A DNA stretch of 35,306 bases from a virus (taxonomy: Duplodnaviria; Caudoviricetes): positions 1 through 35,306 of the IMG/VR virus record IMGVR_UViG_3300037440_000216, one strand, 5' to 3'. Position 1 is the stretch's first letter. Each line of letters starts with the position of its first letter. Shown here one piece after another: positions 7,426 to 16,867 of this stretch. The position numbers were made by a program, and so were the translations under genes. Below the pieces are notes generated by a model, which worked only from the letters and a program-made list of their open reading frames with translations, was not told where the DNA came from and did no database searches.

Positions 7426-7590
7426 TTAATGCTTGTCGGCGACGTGGTTCTCTAGGCCGGCTTTGGTCTTGTAGACCTTGTCGCACTCGTCACAGACGTA
7501 CCCAACCTCAAGGGTGGTCACTTTCTCGACCACGACCTGAATGTCATCGGACACCCTGACGGTTCGACCGCCCCTAACTTCCCAAGGCAT
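7426..7590 (-). CDS. 54-aa C2H2 zinc-finger protein
   Basis: YVCDECDKVYKTKAGLENHVADKH = C-x2-C-x12-H-x4-H; AAGGA upstream; TGATG overlap with the holin. Confidence 0.7.
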   Translation of the reverse strand: MPWEVRGGRTVRVSDDIQVVVEKVTTLEVGYVCDECDKVYKTKAGLENHVADKH

Positions 7591-7781
7591 CAGACGGGTT
7601 CCTTGTTCGGGACCGCGTACACGAGTCCGCCGCCGACCAGGCCGGCGAGGAATGCCGACAGCCATTGACCGGCTGTCAGGTCACCGAAGCTCTGCAAGTC
7701 GGGGATGCTGGCAGCGATCCACGCGCCTGCCCCATAGAGGAAAGCCACGATGGCCTTCGCCGAGCCTTTTACCGTATCCAC
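7590..7781 (-). CDS. Holin (two TM helices)
   Basis: KAIVAFLYGAGAW...QWLSAFLAGLVGGGLVYAVPN; GGAG before GTG 7781; lies downstream of the endolysin. Confidence 0.7.
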   Translation of the reverse strand: MDTVKGSAKAIVAFLYGAGAWIAASIPDLQSFGDLTAGQWLSAFLAGLVGGGLVYAVPNKEPV

Positions 7782-7839
7782 ATCGTCTCCCTCTGGTCGT
7801 AGTTCATGGCTTCCAAAGACTACCCTGAGCCACCGCCAT

Positions 7840-8112
7840 TTACGGGTCAAGAGATACGTTCCGCCGGTTCATGTCCTCCACCAACAGCTTGACCAGAGGC
7901 AGCACCGCGGCGCCGTTGGTATCAATGACAGGGGGGAAATCACCCTTGTGCATGTCGTCCACCTGGGACACCATCGTCTGCGCTCCCTTGTCTTTCCCGT
8001 TCACGGCGTGGTCTATATGCGTCACCTTGCGGCTGAGAAACGCGACGATCACCAGAACGACGGGGGTGGTGATTGCGGTTATGACCGCGGCAACTCCTAT
8101 GAGGTCATCCAT
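7840..8112 (-). CDS. Lysis-cassette membrane protein
   Basis: N-terminal TM helix followed by IDHAVNG and a soluble tail. Confidence 0.65.
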   Translation of the reverse strand: MDDLIGVAAVITAITTPVVLVIVAFLSRKVTHIDHAVNGKDKGAQTMVSQVDDMHKGDFPPVIDTNGAAVLPLVKLLVEDMNRRNVSLDP

Positions 8113-8132
8113 AACCACTGAGCGTAGCGGAT

Positions 8133-8483
8133 TTACCCTGGTCCCAGAATCTTGCCGATGGCGTCCAGGTCGTCGGGATACCAGACATGGACTTCATGGC
8201 TCATCTCTGAGTCCCAACCGGGCGGGGCGTCGAGCGCGGCGATCCAGTCCTTCTGGTCGGCACTCAGTTTGCCCTTGTCAGATTTCAACTCGGCGAAAAC
8301 AACGCGCCCGCCCTTCGCCAACACCAGGTCGGGGAACCCTTTGTCGCCCTGCATTGGCGTCCGCCAACCGTGCTTAGTCTGCGCGGGGCGGAAGTGCGCC
8401 ACCCGCCAGCCAAACAACTTGGCGAGGGCGATGACGTTGTCTTGGAACGCCCGCTCAGATATGGCCGAGACGGTCTGCGTCAT
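8133..8483 (-). CDS. VRR-NUC domain nuclease
   Basis: SERAFQ..V...A...GW, GFPDLVL, FAELK, GKLSADQKDW (PD-(D/E)xK). Confidence 0.85.
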   Translation of the reverse strand: MTQTVSAISERAFQDNVIALAKLFGWRVAHFRPAQTKHGWRTPMQGDKGFPDLVLAKGGRVVFAELKSDKGKLSADQKDWIAALDAPPGWDSEMSHEVHVWYPDDLDAIGKILGPG

Positions 8484-9283
8484 TGGGCTAGTCGCCGGTG
8501 CTGTTCGTCAGCGACCGCCTCAGCGATAGCCGCGAGGTCAGCGTCGGTGATGCCCACCACCACCGACGGGTCGAGCGCCCCGACCGCCGTGCGGATCGCG
8601 GACGTGTCTTCCTTGGTGCGGGACTGCAGTTGGTAGGTCGACAGGACGGCCGGGTCGTCCTTCTGCGGGTACTTCCACGTTGCGGTGGGCACCGCTGCGA
8701 TGGCGGCGAGAATCTCGGCCTTGTCTTCCGGTGTCATAGCGTCCTCCATTATGGTCTTCACGGTTGCTCTTACGGTGTTCATGTTGAGAGTGTGGGGGTC
8801 GGTCTTGCGCCCCGGCGGAGTGGCGTATTCCTTGTGACCCATCAGCCAGGACTCGTCCTGGCCGATATGTTTCAGACAAGCGGCGGCGGCTCGGTAGGCG
8901 GCGTCGAGTTGCTTAGGCCCCCACGGTTCCGACGAGGCGGTGCCTAGGTTCTTCATCTCGTCGCCCAACCACCACTTGTTACCCGACAGGCCATTCCAAT
9001 TCCCGTCCCCGCCGTGGTTGGCGGTCCCCGCGGCGATGATCGACACCGATCCGTCGCGGCTGGTGGAGTAGTTGGCGAGGGGGGCAGGAGTTGACGACGA
9101 CCCGGTCACCGCCAGTATCTTGTCCACGACCACGTCGGCGGTCGTTGGTTTGGTAACGGTGTGGTGCAGCATGACCCCGCGGGGGTCGAGGTCTGTCTTG
9201 CCGCGAGTCTCCCATCCCGGATACGGGCGGACCACCAACCCGGCGTCGGTGAGAACATCTGCAAGCCACAGCGCCCGTGGCAT
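8480..9283 (-). CDS. Endolysin, N-acetylmuramoyl-L-alanine amidase (Amidase_2)
   Basis: WLADVL..AGL, GWETRG, VMLHHT, ANHGG, GDE, GHKEYA, RKTDP. Confidence 0.9.
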   Translation of the reverse strand: MPRALWLADVLTDAGLVVRPYPGWETRGKTDLDPRGVMLHHTVTKPTTADVVVDKILAVTGSSSTPAPLANYSTSRDGSVSIIAAGTANHGGDGNWNGLSGNKWWLGDEMKNLGTASSEPWGPKQLDAAYRAAAACLKHIGQDESWLMGHKEYATPPGRKTDPHTLNMNTVRATVKTIMEDAMTPEDKAEILAAIAAVPTATWKYPQKDDPAVLSTYQLQSRTKEDTSAIRTAVGALDPSVVVGITDADLAAIAEAVADEQHRRLAQ

Positions 9284-9936
9284 CAGGTGACCCGCAGGGC
9301 TTTGCAGATCATGGCCGGATTGTTCGCGTTCGTAGCGTTGACTGCTGCGCGGATGATCTGCCAGGTGAAAAGCCGAGTGCCCGTCGCGGTCCGACCCTCG
9401 GAGTAGGCGACATGGGAGAAACCGTGGTTATCGTGGTTGTTCTGTGCCTCCAGCTCCTGTGTGATTACTCCCGTGTCGAAATCGCCGCCCTGGTGAACCA
9501 CCTTGGACGTGATAAGGGTGGTGCCTGTGGTGGCGCCCGACGTGTCAACAAGCGAGCAGGACACAGACGCTTCGACGTCGTAGGTGTTCCAGTCGGCAGG
9601 GATGTCGATAGACGCCTGCAAGATATTGGTTTGCACCGTCCCGATGGCGGTCCCTCCCGAGCTGGTCGCCCGGTCGGTCAATTGGGACGGCATCGGCTCC
9701 TGGGACGTGCGCGGGAGACCTATCACCAACAGGTCGCCCTTCCACGCAACCACCTGCACGACCTCTCCGATCCCGGCGAAGACGAGGGACGAGACGCCGA
9801 CCACGGCCACACCTGACAGGTCGATGTCGACAGTCCCGTCGGAGTTGATGGCGGTCACCACGGCGGAGCGGTGACGCAGGGCGCTTTCGCCATCTGGTGC
9901 CGGCTCTAGGCGGTTGAGTGTTCTCGTGTAGTCCAT
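9283..9936 (-). CDS. Minor tail protein
   Basis: Last tail-module gene; N-terminal OB-like beta strands; TAATG overlap gives start 9936. Confidence 0.6.
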   Translation of the reverse strand: MDYTRTLNRLEPAPDGESALRHRSAVVTAINSDGTVDIDLSGVAVVGVSSLVFAGIGEVVQVVAWKGDLLVIGLPRTSQEPMPSQLTDRATSSGGTAIGTVQTNILQASIDIPADWNTYDVEASVSCSLVDTSGATTGTTLITSKVVHQGGDFDTGVITQELEAQNNHDNHGFSHVAYSEGRTATGTRLFTWQIIRAAVNATNANNPAMICKALRVT

Positions 9937-11036
9937 TAGCTCAGCTGTGAGATTGCTCGACACGCCAGGGTCGAAGCCCCGGCAATATCCACGGTAACCG
10001 AGTCGACCACCAGGGGTAGGGATTCGGTGGCGGTCAGAGCAATAAACAGCACGTCATCCGGGTCGGTGTCGGGGTCGTAGGCTCTGGTCATGTCCCAGGT
10101 GGCGCCCGCCCCTGCCGACTTGTTGAGGATCGACTCGGCGGTGGCGTCGGCGGACGCCTGGTCGAGGATCAGCGGCGACGCAAAAAAGCGGGTGATCCGG
10201 CCGTAAGGGGAGCTGCCAGGCGTGGTCCCGGCGAAGGTCGGCGACTGCGGGTCGTCGTCCAGCGCCACAGACTGGACAGGCGGGGTGGCGTCAGATGGTT
10301 CCCCGCGTGCGACCACCAGATTGGGCGGACGCGACTCGAAGGCCAGGGATGCGTCCAGGTAGAAGTTGACCGGCACCGCAGTATTCGGGTCGGGCGGTTG
10401 GGGTGAGTCGAGGACAAGCAGTCCCTGGCGGTTGTAGTAGATGCGATAGGAGAAGTCGGCGGCCATGTCTACCAACTCACGCCACGGGTCCGACTCCGGG
10501 TCGAGCCCGAATACTCGTTGCCTTCCGAGGAGGCTCCCGGTGGCAGACAGGCCGGGACTGGCCCCGGTCCTGTCTACTATGACGTCGTTTATGGCGTCGG
10601 CCAGGTCGACCCCGGCGTCGACAGTGAAGGGGGTCTCGAAGCGGTAGCGTGCCACCCGGTCCGCCAGGTCGACCAGGGTCAGTGTGACCAACCGCGACGA
10701 CGGTGTGAGACTGGCGACCGAACCGTCGACCACATAAACCCCATAGTCAGCGAAAGCAGTCGACCCGTCCGGCAGCTCCAATCCGAGCTCGGCGGTGACG
10801 GTCGTCCCGAACGGCGTGAGCAAGTCACCGGGTCGGGAAGGGATCAGGTCAGACCCGACCGGGACTACCACCGTCCCGTCCCAGCGCATCGACCGCCGAG
10901 CGTCCTGTGTGAGAGTGCCCGACTCCGGTTCGAGGGTCGCCGACTCTGCGCCGCGGGTGGCCGTGATACGAACCTGTTTGACGAAGACGGCAGGGCTGTC
11001 GATGGTCTCCGCAAACCGCGGCGGGAGGTTATTCAT
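9936..11036 (-). CDS. Minor tail (hub/baseplate) protein, DUF5047-like
   Basis: TLTQDARRSMR, LLTPFG, PNLVVARGE, DDDPQSPT...PYGRITRFFASPLI. Confidence 0.75.
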   Translation of the reverse strand: MNNLPPRFAETIDSPAVFVKQVRITATRGAESATLEPESGTLTQDARRSMRWDGTVVVPVGSDLIPSRPGDLLTPFGTTVTAELGLELPDGSTAFADYGVYVVDGSVASLTPSSRLVTLTLVDLADRVARYRFETPFTVDAGVDLADAINDVIVDRTGASPGLSATGSLLGRQRVFGLDPESDPWRELVDMAADFSYRIYYNRQGLLVLDSPQPPDPNTAVPVNFYLDASLAFESRPPNLVVARGEPSDATPPVQSVALDDDPQSPTFAGTTPGSSPYGRITRFFASPLILDQASADATAESILNKSAGAGATWDMTRAYDPDTDPDDVLFIALTATESLPLVVDSVTVDIAGASTLACRAISQLS

Positions 11037-12672
11037 CAGGGAAAAACGACTCGGGCGTCGCGACCAGTGGCGGCCCGGTAGCCACAAACGACACCGTGTA
11101 AGACCGGATGCGGCCCACCTTCACCACTTGGATGCTCTCGGCGTCGGGTGACATCCACTGTGGGGGCAAGTCGGTGGGAGCGTAGTGGACCGTCATCTCA
11201 GCGAGCACCGCTTCGATCTCGGCGAGGGACGGCAGGGACGAGTCGATGTCGGAAACGGGGAAAGTTAGGGTGTAGTCGCGTCCGCCGGGCGCCCCGGTCA
11301 CGACGGTGGGCAGACCGCCGCCGATCGGTTGGAACGCTCCGAAGGGACGAACCCGGCCCCAGGACCGGTCCGGGCAGATGACAGCCGTCACACAGCCGAA
11401 GGTGCGCAGACGGTCGTTCTCGCCGTAGGGGTAGGGAACCTCGGCGGTGTCTGTATCCGACCAGTCGGTGGCGATCAGGATGCCGTCTACCAGACCCCAA
11501 TACCTGACCCGGTAGGTGAGGACACAGTCGTGGTCGGGAATCGAGCACTGCCCTTCTTTGGCGTAGGGGAAGATGCAGTCATTCCAACAGTCGTCGGTGC
11601 TTTCGATGGCGGCCACCCGGACAAAACCGTCGCTGTCACAGTCGGACCGCTGAACCTCAGTGACGACCAGACCGGAGTCGAACTGCGGCTCACCCGGCGA
11701 AGACGGGGAGACCGACGAGAAGCAGACCTCGACCAGGTCGTCGGCGCTGTCATAAGTGACCACCAGATCGGGCGGGTCGGGTGGGGTGAAGTCCATCTCG
11801 AAAGCGACCGACTCAATGTCGGAGGCAAATGCGCTGTTGACCCTGATCGTGGAGTAAGCCTCGAAATAGGCGACATAGTCACCGTTAGGGATCGGTTGGC
11901 CGGGGATCGAAGTCGGGGGCGGCCCGCTCCCTTCGAACGTGTTGACCGTGGCGAAGGCCGGATCGAACGGGGCGAACCCGCCCAGCAGGGTTGTGGCGAG
12001 CGTGTAGAGGTAGATGCGCCATGACCGCCCATTGAGACCGTCGAAGTCGACGGAGTCGAAAGCGAACGTCGGTGTGGTGGTGTCGGTGATCGGCGTGGTA
12101 GCGGTCCCTGCGCCGTCCAACACTTGGGCAGTGAAAACCGGTTTGTTGCGGCAGTCGATGTCCATTTTCAATTCGGCGGCACCTACCGCCGCCGCCGTCC
12201 CTAATGATCCTCCGGGTGCGGCGTTGACGAAGTAGAGGAACTCAACCGCGCCAGCGCCGGCTCCTATGTCCTCCGCCGACCACGCTGTCGACCGATCCAA
12301 GACCACACACTGGAGATCGGTGACAGCCGTGGTGAAGTCGGCAAAGACGAAATACCCCTGCGGTGATGTATTGACCCTCGCCCCGCGCATCCGTGCGTTA
12401 GTGGGGTTGTTATTAACAACACGGGTCCACCGCGCTCGAAGGCGGATCAGATGCCGCTCATGGTCGGCGGGGGGTGTGTGGGTGCCCAACGAGAAACTGA
12501 GTGTGGCCGAGTCGAGAGCACCGACAGCGTCAAGCCGAGCGAATGTATCGGGGTCGTCGTCTGACGTGTTGGTTACGAGCGTCCCTGAGTTCGCCGGTGT
12601 CGTGCAGTCCGCTTGAGCCACCCATCCGCCGTCAGCGTTGAGAGATTGGGGGACCAGCGTGTCGATCTGCAT
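11029..12672 (-). CDS. Minor tail protein (Dit-like position, Ig/FN3-like beta domains)
   Basis: Immediately after the tape measure gene; PPDPPDL and LTYRVR beta motifs; internal SPSSP. Confidence 0.65.
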   Translation of the reverse strand: MQIDTLVPQSLNADGGWVAQADCTTPANSGTLVTNTSDDDPDTFARLDAVGALDSATLSFSLGTHTPPADHERHLIRLRARWTRVVNNNPTNARMRGARVNTSPQGYFVFADFTTAVTDLQCVVLDRSTAWSAEDIGAGAGAVEFLYFVNAAPGGSLGTAAAVGAAELKMDIDCRNKPVFTAQVLDGAGTATTPITDTTTPTFAFDSVDFDGLNGRSWRIYLYTLATTLLGGFAPFDPAFATVNTFEGSGPPPTSIPGQPIPNGDYVAYFEAYSTIRVNSAFASDIESVAFEMDFTPPDPPDLVVTYDSADDLVEVCFSSVSPSSPGEPQFDSGLVVTEVQRSDCDSDGFVRVAAIESTDDCWNDCIFPYAKEGQCSIPDHDCVLTYRVRYWGLVDGILIATDWSDTDTAEVPYPYGENDRLRTFGCVTAVICPDRSWGRVRPFGAFQPIGGGLPTVVTGAPGGRDYTLTFPVSDIDSSLPSLAEIEAVLAEMTVHYAPTDLPPQWMSPDAESIQVVKVGRIRSYTVSFVATGPPLVATPESFFPDE

Positions 12673-14549
12673 TAGCGGACCACCCTAGCCCTGCTCAACC
12701 TCTCCAACCTCTCCTCGATAGCGTCGGCGACCATGTTCGCGTCGGCCTGTGTTGCCCCGCCAGAGATGGACACCGAGATCGACCCGACAGTTAGGCCGGT
12801 GCTGATCTGGTTATTGGGGATGACCGTACTCGACACCCTCGGAACGACGATCTCGGGGCCGAGTTCTCCCGTCACATACGGAATGTTGGGGCTCATTGGG
12901 CCACCACCGGCTCGGCCGCCGATGTTAGAACTGATCTGCGTACCCAGGACTTCGTTAATCCTGATCGACTTGTCGGTGAACTTGAATGCTTCAAGGGCAT
13001 TGAACTGGTCGGCCAGCAGTTCGGCCTGTTCGCGAGTCAGTCCCAGTTCGGTCTGCTGTCTTATGAACGCCTCACGGGTCAGGTCGGTGTTGACCCTGAC
13101 ATCTTCGGTCGCCTCTTTCAGGTCGAGGTTGGCTTTGGACAAATCCTCCACGGCGAGAATGTACTCGGGGGTGCCCGTCTTCCCTGCGTCGATCAACGCG
13201 TTAACAGCCTCTTGCGCCGCAGCCTGATCTCTGGTGGCCTCGGTCAGTGCGAACATGGGGTCGAATTGGGCACGCAGTTGATCCTGGCGATTTTTCAGCC
13301 GTTCGGCGTTGGTGACAATTTCCCGCGTCAGTTCCTCGGTTTCCTCAGCCAACCCCATCGTCCCGTCTTCGAGGAGCACCATTCCTAACTCGTTGGCGGC
13401 GAGTTGGGCCTCCTGTTCGGCCAGGGCCTCGGCGTGCTCGTTGGCGAGAATGCGGTCGAGTTGTTCGACCTCCTCGGCGGTGTAACCGATCTGGGTAAGG
13501 AAATCCTTCTGTGATTGGGTGAGGGGTTCGGACTCGTCAGCCGTGAGGATCAACGTCTCTGCGAGGTCTTCGAGCGACGTGCCGTAGGTCTGATTGACGG
13601 TGATAAGCGCTTGCAACGTGTCGGAGGACGCTCCGGTCGTTATCTCGAACCGCTGGACGGCGGACTGCGCCGAGTTGAGTTTGCCCGTCAACTGAGCGAA
13701 CCCGGTAGCCAACAACCCCAAGGTCTGGGCGCCCAACAACTTGACCTGTGTCGTCAGCTGGGCGAAGGGGACGAGGGCTTCACCGACCCGTGCCTTGGCA
13801 TTCTCCATCTCGGCTGCGGCGATCCGCTGGGCGTTGGCAAGATCGGTGGACGTGTTGGCGAAGTCGCCGGCCACCTTCTCTGTCTGCTCCATGATGGTGA
13901 GGTATCGGGCGGTCACCTTCTGAGATGCTGTCATCTCGTCGCCGACCTCGATGATCCCAGCGGCGAGTGCAGTCTGCTCAACGGTCGCAGCGGACACGTC
14001 GATACCAAACTTGCGTAGGGGTTCGGACTCGCCGGCAAGACCCGACCGGAACTTCTCAAACCCTTCGGATACTTCGAGGTTCATTACCGACGCAAAGTCG
14101 GCGATCCGGGTGGTCAGCGTGTCGAGGACTTCGGGGACGGACAGGCCGAGGTCTGCGGCGATCTTGTCGGTGAACGCAGAGATAGACACCGACAGGGTAT
14201 TGAACTCGGAGTTAGACAACCCGAGGTTGCGGGCGGCGGCCTGCCCTAGCTTCTGGACTTCATCAGCGTTGCTACCAAATGAGACATTGACCGCGTTAAT
14301 AGACTCATTGAGGTCGGAGTAAGCGCGGATGCTGTCCTGTGCGAACCGGGCCACACCTGCCAGCGCCCCTACCGCCGCACCGGCCAGAGCCACCTTGGCT
14401 ATTGCTCCGACGTTCTTGGTTGCCTTCCCGAGCTTGCCCATCTCCCCCGTGGCGCCTTGGGCGCCTTTGGTTACCCCTTGGTTGAGGTCTCTCTCAAACC
14501 CGGCCGTGTTCGCCCGGACATCGACAAAGGCGTCGCCAAGGGAGGGCAT
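12672..14549 (-). CDS. Tape measure protein
   Basis: 625 aa, Ala-rich and helical; LGDAFVDVRA N-terminus, SDLNES, GESEPLRKFGI, GDFANTS, RAGGGP...VTGELGPE. Confidence 0.9.
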   Translation of the reverse strand: MPSLGDAFVDVRANTAGFERDLNQGVTKGAQGATGEMGKLGKATKNVGAIAKVALAGAAVGALAGVARFAQDSIRAYSDLNESINAVNVSFGSNADEVQKLGQAAARNLGLSNSEFNTLSVSISAFTDKIAADLGLSVPEVLDTLTTRIADFASVMNLEVSEGFEKFRSGLAGESEPLRKFGIDVSAATVEQTALAAGIIEVGDEMTASQKVTARYLTIMEQTEKVAGDFANTSTDLANAQRIAAAEMENAKARVGEALVPFAQLTTQVKLLGAQTLGLLATGFAQLTGKLNSAQSAVQRFEITTGASSDTLQALITVNQTYGTSLEDLAETLILTADESEPLTQSQKDFLTQIGYTAEEVEQLDRILANEHAEALAEQEAQLAANELGMVLLEDGTMGLAEETEELTREIVTNAERLKNRQDQLRAQFDPMFALTEATRDQAAAQEAVNALIDAGKTGTPEYILAVEDLSKANLDLKEATEDVRVNTDLTREAFIRQQTELGLTREQAELLADQFNALEAFKFTDKSIRINEVLGTQISSNIGGRAGGGPMSPNIPYVTGELGPEIVVPRVSSTVIPNNQISTGLTVGSISVSISGGATQADANMVADAIEERLERLSRARVVR

Positions 14550-14791
14550 TAGGAGAACTCCCCCTCGAAGGCGGTAAACGACTTAGCCATCTCAGCGTCG
14601 GCCCATGGCCCCGACGTTGGGGCGACACCGGGAGGCGGCAGCGACAACCTGCCCTCGAAGACCCGCCAGTCGTTGTCCGTCATGCGGGCTTTCAACCAGG
14701 CCAGGACACGGTTACAGAATCTGTCGAACGGCAGAGCCAACAGGTCTTCGGAGTGGTTACCGTCGATCGCTTCCCAGTGAGTAGCCGCCAC
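14549..14791 (-). CDS. Tail assembly chaperone, frameshifted C-terminal part (gpGT-like)
   Basis: The -1 frame is open from the slippery site (PYAAARLIQVAATHWE...); lies directly before the tape measure gene. Confidence 0.75.
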   Translation of the reverse strand: MAATHWEAIDGNHSEDLLALPFDRFCNRVLAWLKARMTDNDWRVFEGRLSLPPPGVAPTSGPWADAEMAKSFTAFEGEFS

Positions 14792-14796
14792 TTGAA

Positions 14797-15114
14797 TCAG
14801 TCTGGCGGCTGCGTAGGGGGGCGGCCTGCAACCTCCTCCATCAGACCGGACACCACGTCGATCAGGGTGACCGGGGTCAGCGGATCATTGAAGTCTTTTA
14901 GTCGCCCGACCAAGAAGTCGGAGTCCTCATCAGAGAGCCCGGCGGACAGCCAGTCGAGTTGGACCCTGACCCGCTCGTCTAACTCGGCGTCGTTAGCCAG
15001 CCAGACCGCCGTTGTCTTCGGTGGTTGAAATTTGAACTTACGTCCGTCGAGGGTGAACGTGATTGGTTTCCCGTTGGCCCGCTGGACTGCGGACTCGAAT
15101 ACGAGTTTGCTCAT
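14797..15114 (-). CDS. Tail assembly chaperone (gpG-like)
   Basis: PITFTLDG...RLKD..DPL...GRPPT; position upstream of the tape measure gene. Confidence 0.8.
   Translation of the reverse strand: MSKLVFESAVQRANGKPITFTLDGRKFKFQPPKTTAVWLANDAELDERVRVQLDWLSAGLSDEDSDFLVGRLKDFNDPLTPVTLIDVVSGLMEEVAGRPPTQPPD
14815..14821 (-). other. -1 programmed ribosomal frameshift site C CCC CCT
   Basis: In-frame CGC CCC CCT near the end of the chaperone gene; a -1 slip joins it to ORF 14549-14791. Confidence 0.65.
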
Positions 15115-15452
15115 GCGCGGAAGTCTCCCGGTGTTAGTCGTTGGATTGCGTTGGTTAAGAATGGGGCAGGGCTGATCCAGCGGGTGCCCTGGTGCTGGTA
15201 GAAGGCATACCGAGCGGCGGAGGACACACCGAACCTGGTCTCGAACTGGTTTGAGCCTTGGAATGTGGCGGCGATGCTGTCTCTCATAAACCCGGTGTCC
15301 ACTCGCCCGAAGGCGTTGACGGACGCCTTGGCACGCTCGACCGTGACCTCGGCGGCGTGGCGGGTGGCCCGGCCGACGATGCCCGACAGGTCGTTCATTT
15401 GGGCGATGGCCCGCAGGTTCGGCTGGAATCTAACCGACGTCTGGAGTAGCAT
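15111..15452 (-). CDS. HK97-gp10-like head-tail/tail completion protein
   Basis: VDTGFMRDSI, YAFYQHQGT, PAPFL; GAGGAG before ATG 15452. Confidence 0.75.
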   Translation of the reverse strand: MLLQTSVRFQPNLRAIAQMNDLSGIVGRATRHAAEVTVERAKASVNAFGRVDTGFMRDSIAATFQGSNQFETRFGVSSAARYAFYQHQGTRWISPAPFLTNAIQRLTPGDFRA

Positions 15453-15630
15453 CGCTCTCCTCATCGGCTGGCTTCGCTGCCGGTTTCTTGCGCGGTGGTT
15501 TGGGTGTGACGTCGGTCAGCACACCCGCGGCGATCAACTCTTTGATGATCGGGGTCGCATCAACCTCTTTGACCTGGCCGCGGCGGACCACCGTCGTATT
15601 CAGTTTCGCAGTCACCATCACAGTTTTCAT
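15430..15630 (-). CDS. Small hypothetical virion-operon protein
   Basis: AAGGAG RBS; Lys/Pro-rich tail. Confidence 0.65.
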   Translation of the reverse strand: MKTVMVTAKLNTTVVRRGQVKEVDATPIIKELIAAGVLTDVTPKPPRKKPAAKPADEESDATPDVG

Positions 15631-15638
15631 GTCGCTCC

Positions 15639-16136
15639 TTACGGGCTGGACTCACACCATAGGCTAGACCGAAGATAGGCCGTCCACTCGCCACCTATGA
15701 CCCCGCCTTGCGGGACGAACTGGGTCCACTCGTTGACCACAATATCGACGGCTCCCTCGGTAGCCGGGTAGCAACAGGCAAGCGCCCGGAACAGCGCCCC
15801 CTGGTCGCAGACCAGCGACAGAGCGTCGGCAGTCTGCTCGTCGGGGGTCGGGTAGCCGCCCTTTTCTATCCGGTGAGTGCCTGACTGACAGCGGATGATT
15901 CCGAGACCGACCTGGACGGCAAGCCCGGACACGCAGTTGCGCAGAGTCTGGAAACGGTTGGGGAAGTCGTCCGACGGGAAGGCCGAAATGACTCTTACCC
16001 AGAGTTGGCCGCACGGGTTGTCAAATGCGACCTGGCCGGGTGACACGAACACGTCGTCAGGAACGACCTGGCCGGTGTCCTCCAACTCGGTGACGGCACA
16101 GTCGAGGATTGCTTCGAGGTCGGCGACGAGGGTCAC
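15639..16136 (-). CDS. Tail terminator-like protein
   Basis: PG.VAFD..CGQLWVR, GIIRC, PQGGVIGGEW; position in the head-tail module; ends CESSP. Confidence 0.65.
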   Translation of the reverse strand: MTLVADLEAILDCAVTELEDTGQVVPDDVFVSPGQVAFDNPCGQLWVRVISAFPSDDFPNRFQTLRNCVSGLAVQVGLGIIRCQSGTHRIEKGGYPTPDEQTADALSLVCDQGALFRALACCYPATEGAVDIVVNEWTQFVPQGGVIGGEWTAYLRSSLWCESSP

Positions 16137-16858
16137 GGCGACGACGGCGACGGTTCAGCGGCCCAGGTTATCCGGCGGATCGTCGGGAAGTCCGGCGAGT
16201 GGACAGCGCCCGCCATCATCGGGGCGTTAGCATTCTCGACCCACATATCCACTTCCGGCAGTCCGAACTTGGCAGAGGGGTCGCTGAATACGTTACGACC
16301 CATCTGTGCGGACAACCCCTGTCTAGTGATGGCGCGAAGGTTCCGGGGCAGACGGCAGGAATCGTCATTGCACAGCGCCTTCGCCAACTCACAAGCAAGG
16401 ATGCCGGTCACCAAGCCAGCACCGGCGGGCGGGGCGATGCCGAGCTCGTAGTCCACCCGGAATCCGTCAGGGTCGAGCGGGTCGGCGTTGGTCGGCCAGG
16501 ACTCGCCGTCGAGCCTGACCAGCCACTGGTAATCATCTATCCGGTAGCTGAACTCGTCGAGCACCACCCCGTCGATGACGATCTCTGTCACTGATGACAC
16601 CGGGCCATTAAGTCGCAACTCGGGAACGCTGCTACACCCGCAGGACCGCATACTGTTCCGACACCCGCCGCAGATGATCCACGAGTCAACACAGGGGAGC
16701 ACCGACACCGGACATGGCCCGTAGAGTTTCCCGGTAGCGGCCCACAGACTGAAAGACGCCAGCGCTTTGACCTCGGCGATACCCTCCGTTGCCATGTTGT
16801 CCAGAACTTCGCAGGCACATTCAAGGTAGGGCCATGAGCAGGGGCCGTTAACGTCCAT
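16133..16858 (-). CDS. Head-to-tail adaptor (Cys-rich, actinophage type)
   Basis: LWAATG..YG.C, GPV..VTEI..DG, LACELAKA...CRLP...TRQG, GLPEVDMW; ends EPSPSSP; alternative start at 16864. Confidence 0.75.
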   Translation of the reverse strand: MDVNGPCSWPYLECACEVLDNMATEGIAEVKALASFSLWAATGKLYGPCPVSVLPCVDSWIICGGCRNSMRSCGCSSVPELRLNGPVSSVTEIVIDGVVLDEFSYRIDDYQWLVRLDGESWPTNADPLDPDGFRVDYELGIAPPAGAGLVTGILACELAKALCNDDSCRLPRNLRAITRQGLSAQMGRNVFSDPSAKFGLPEVDMWVENANAPMMAGAVHSPDFPTIRRITWAAEPSPSSP

Positions 16859-16867
16859 GGACATAGA

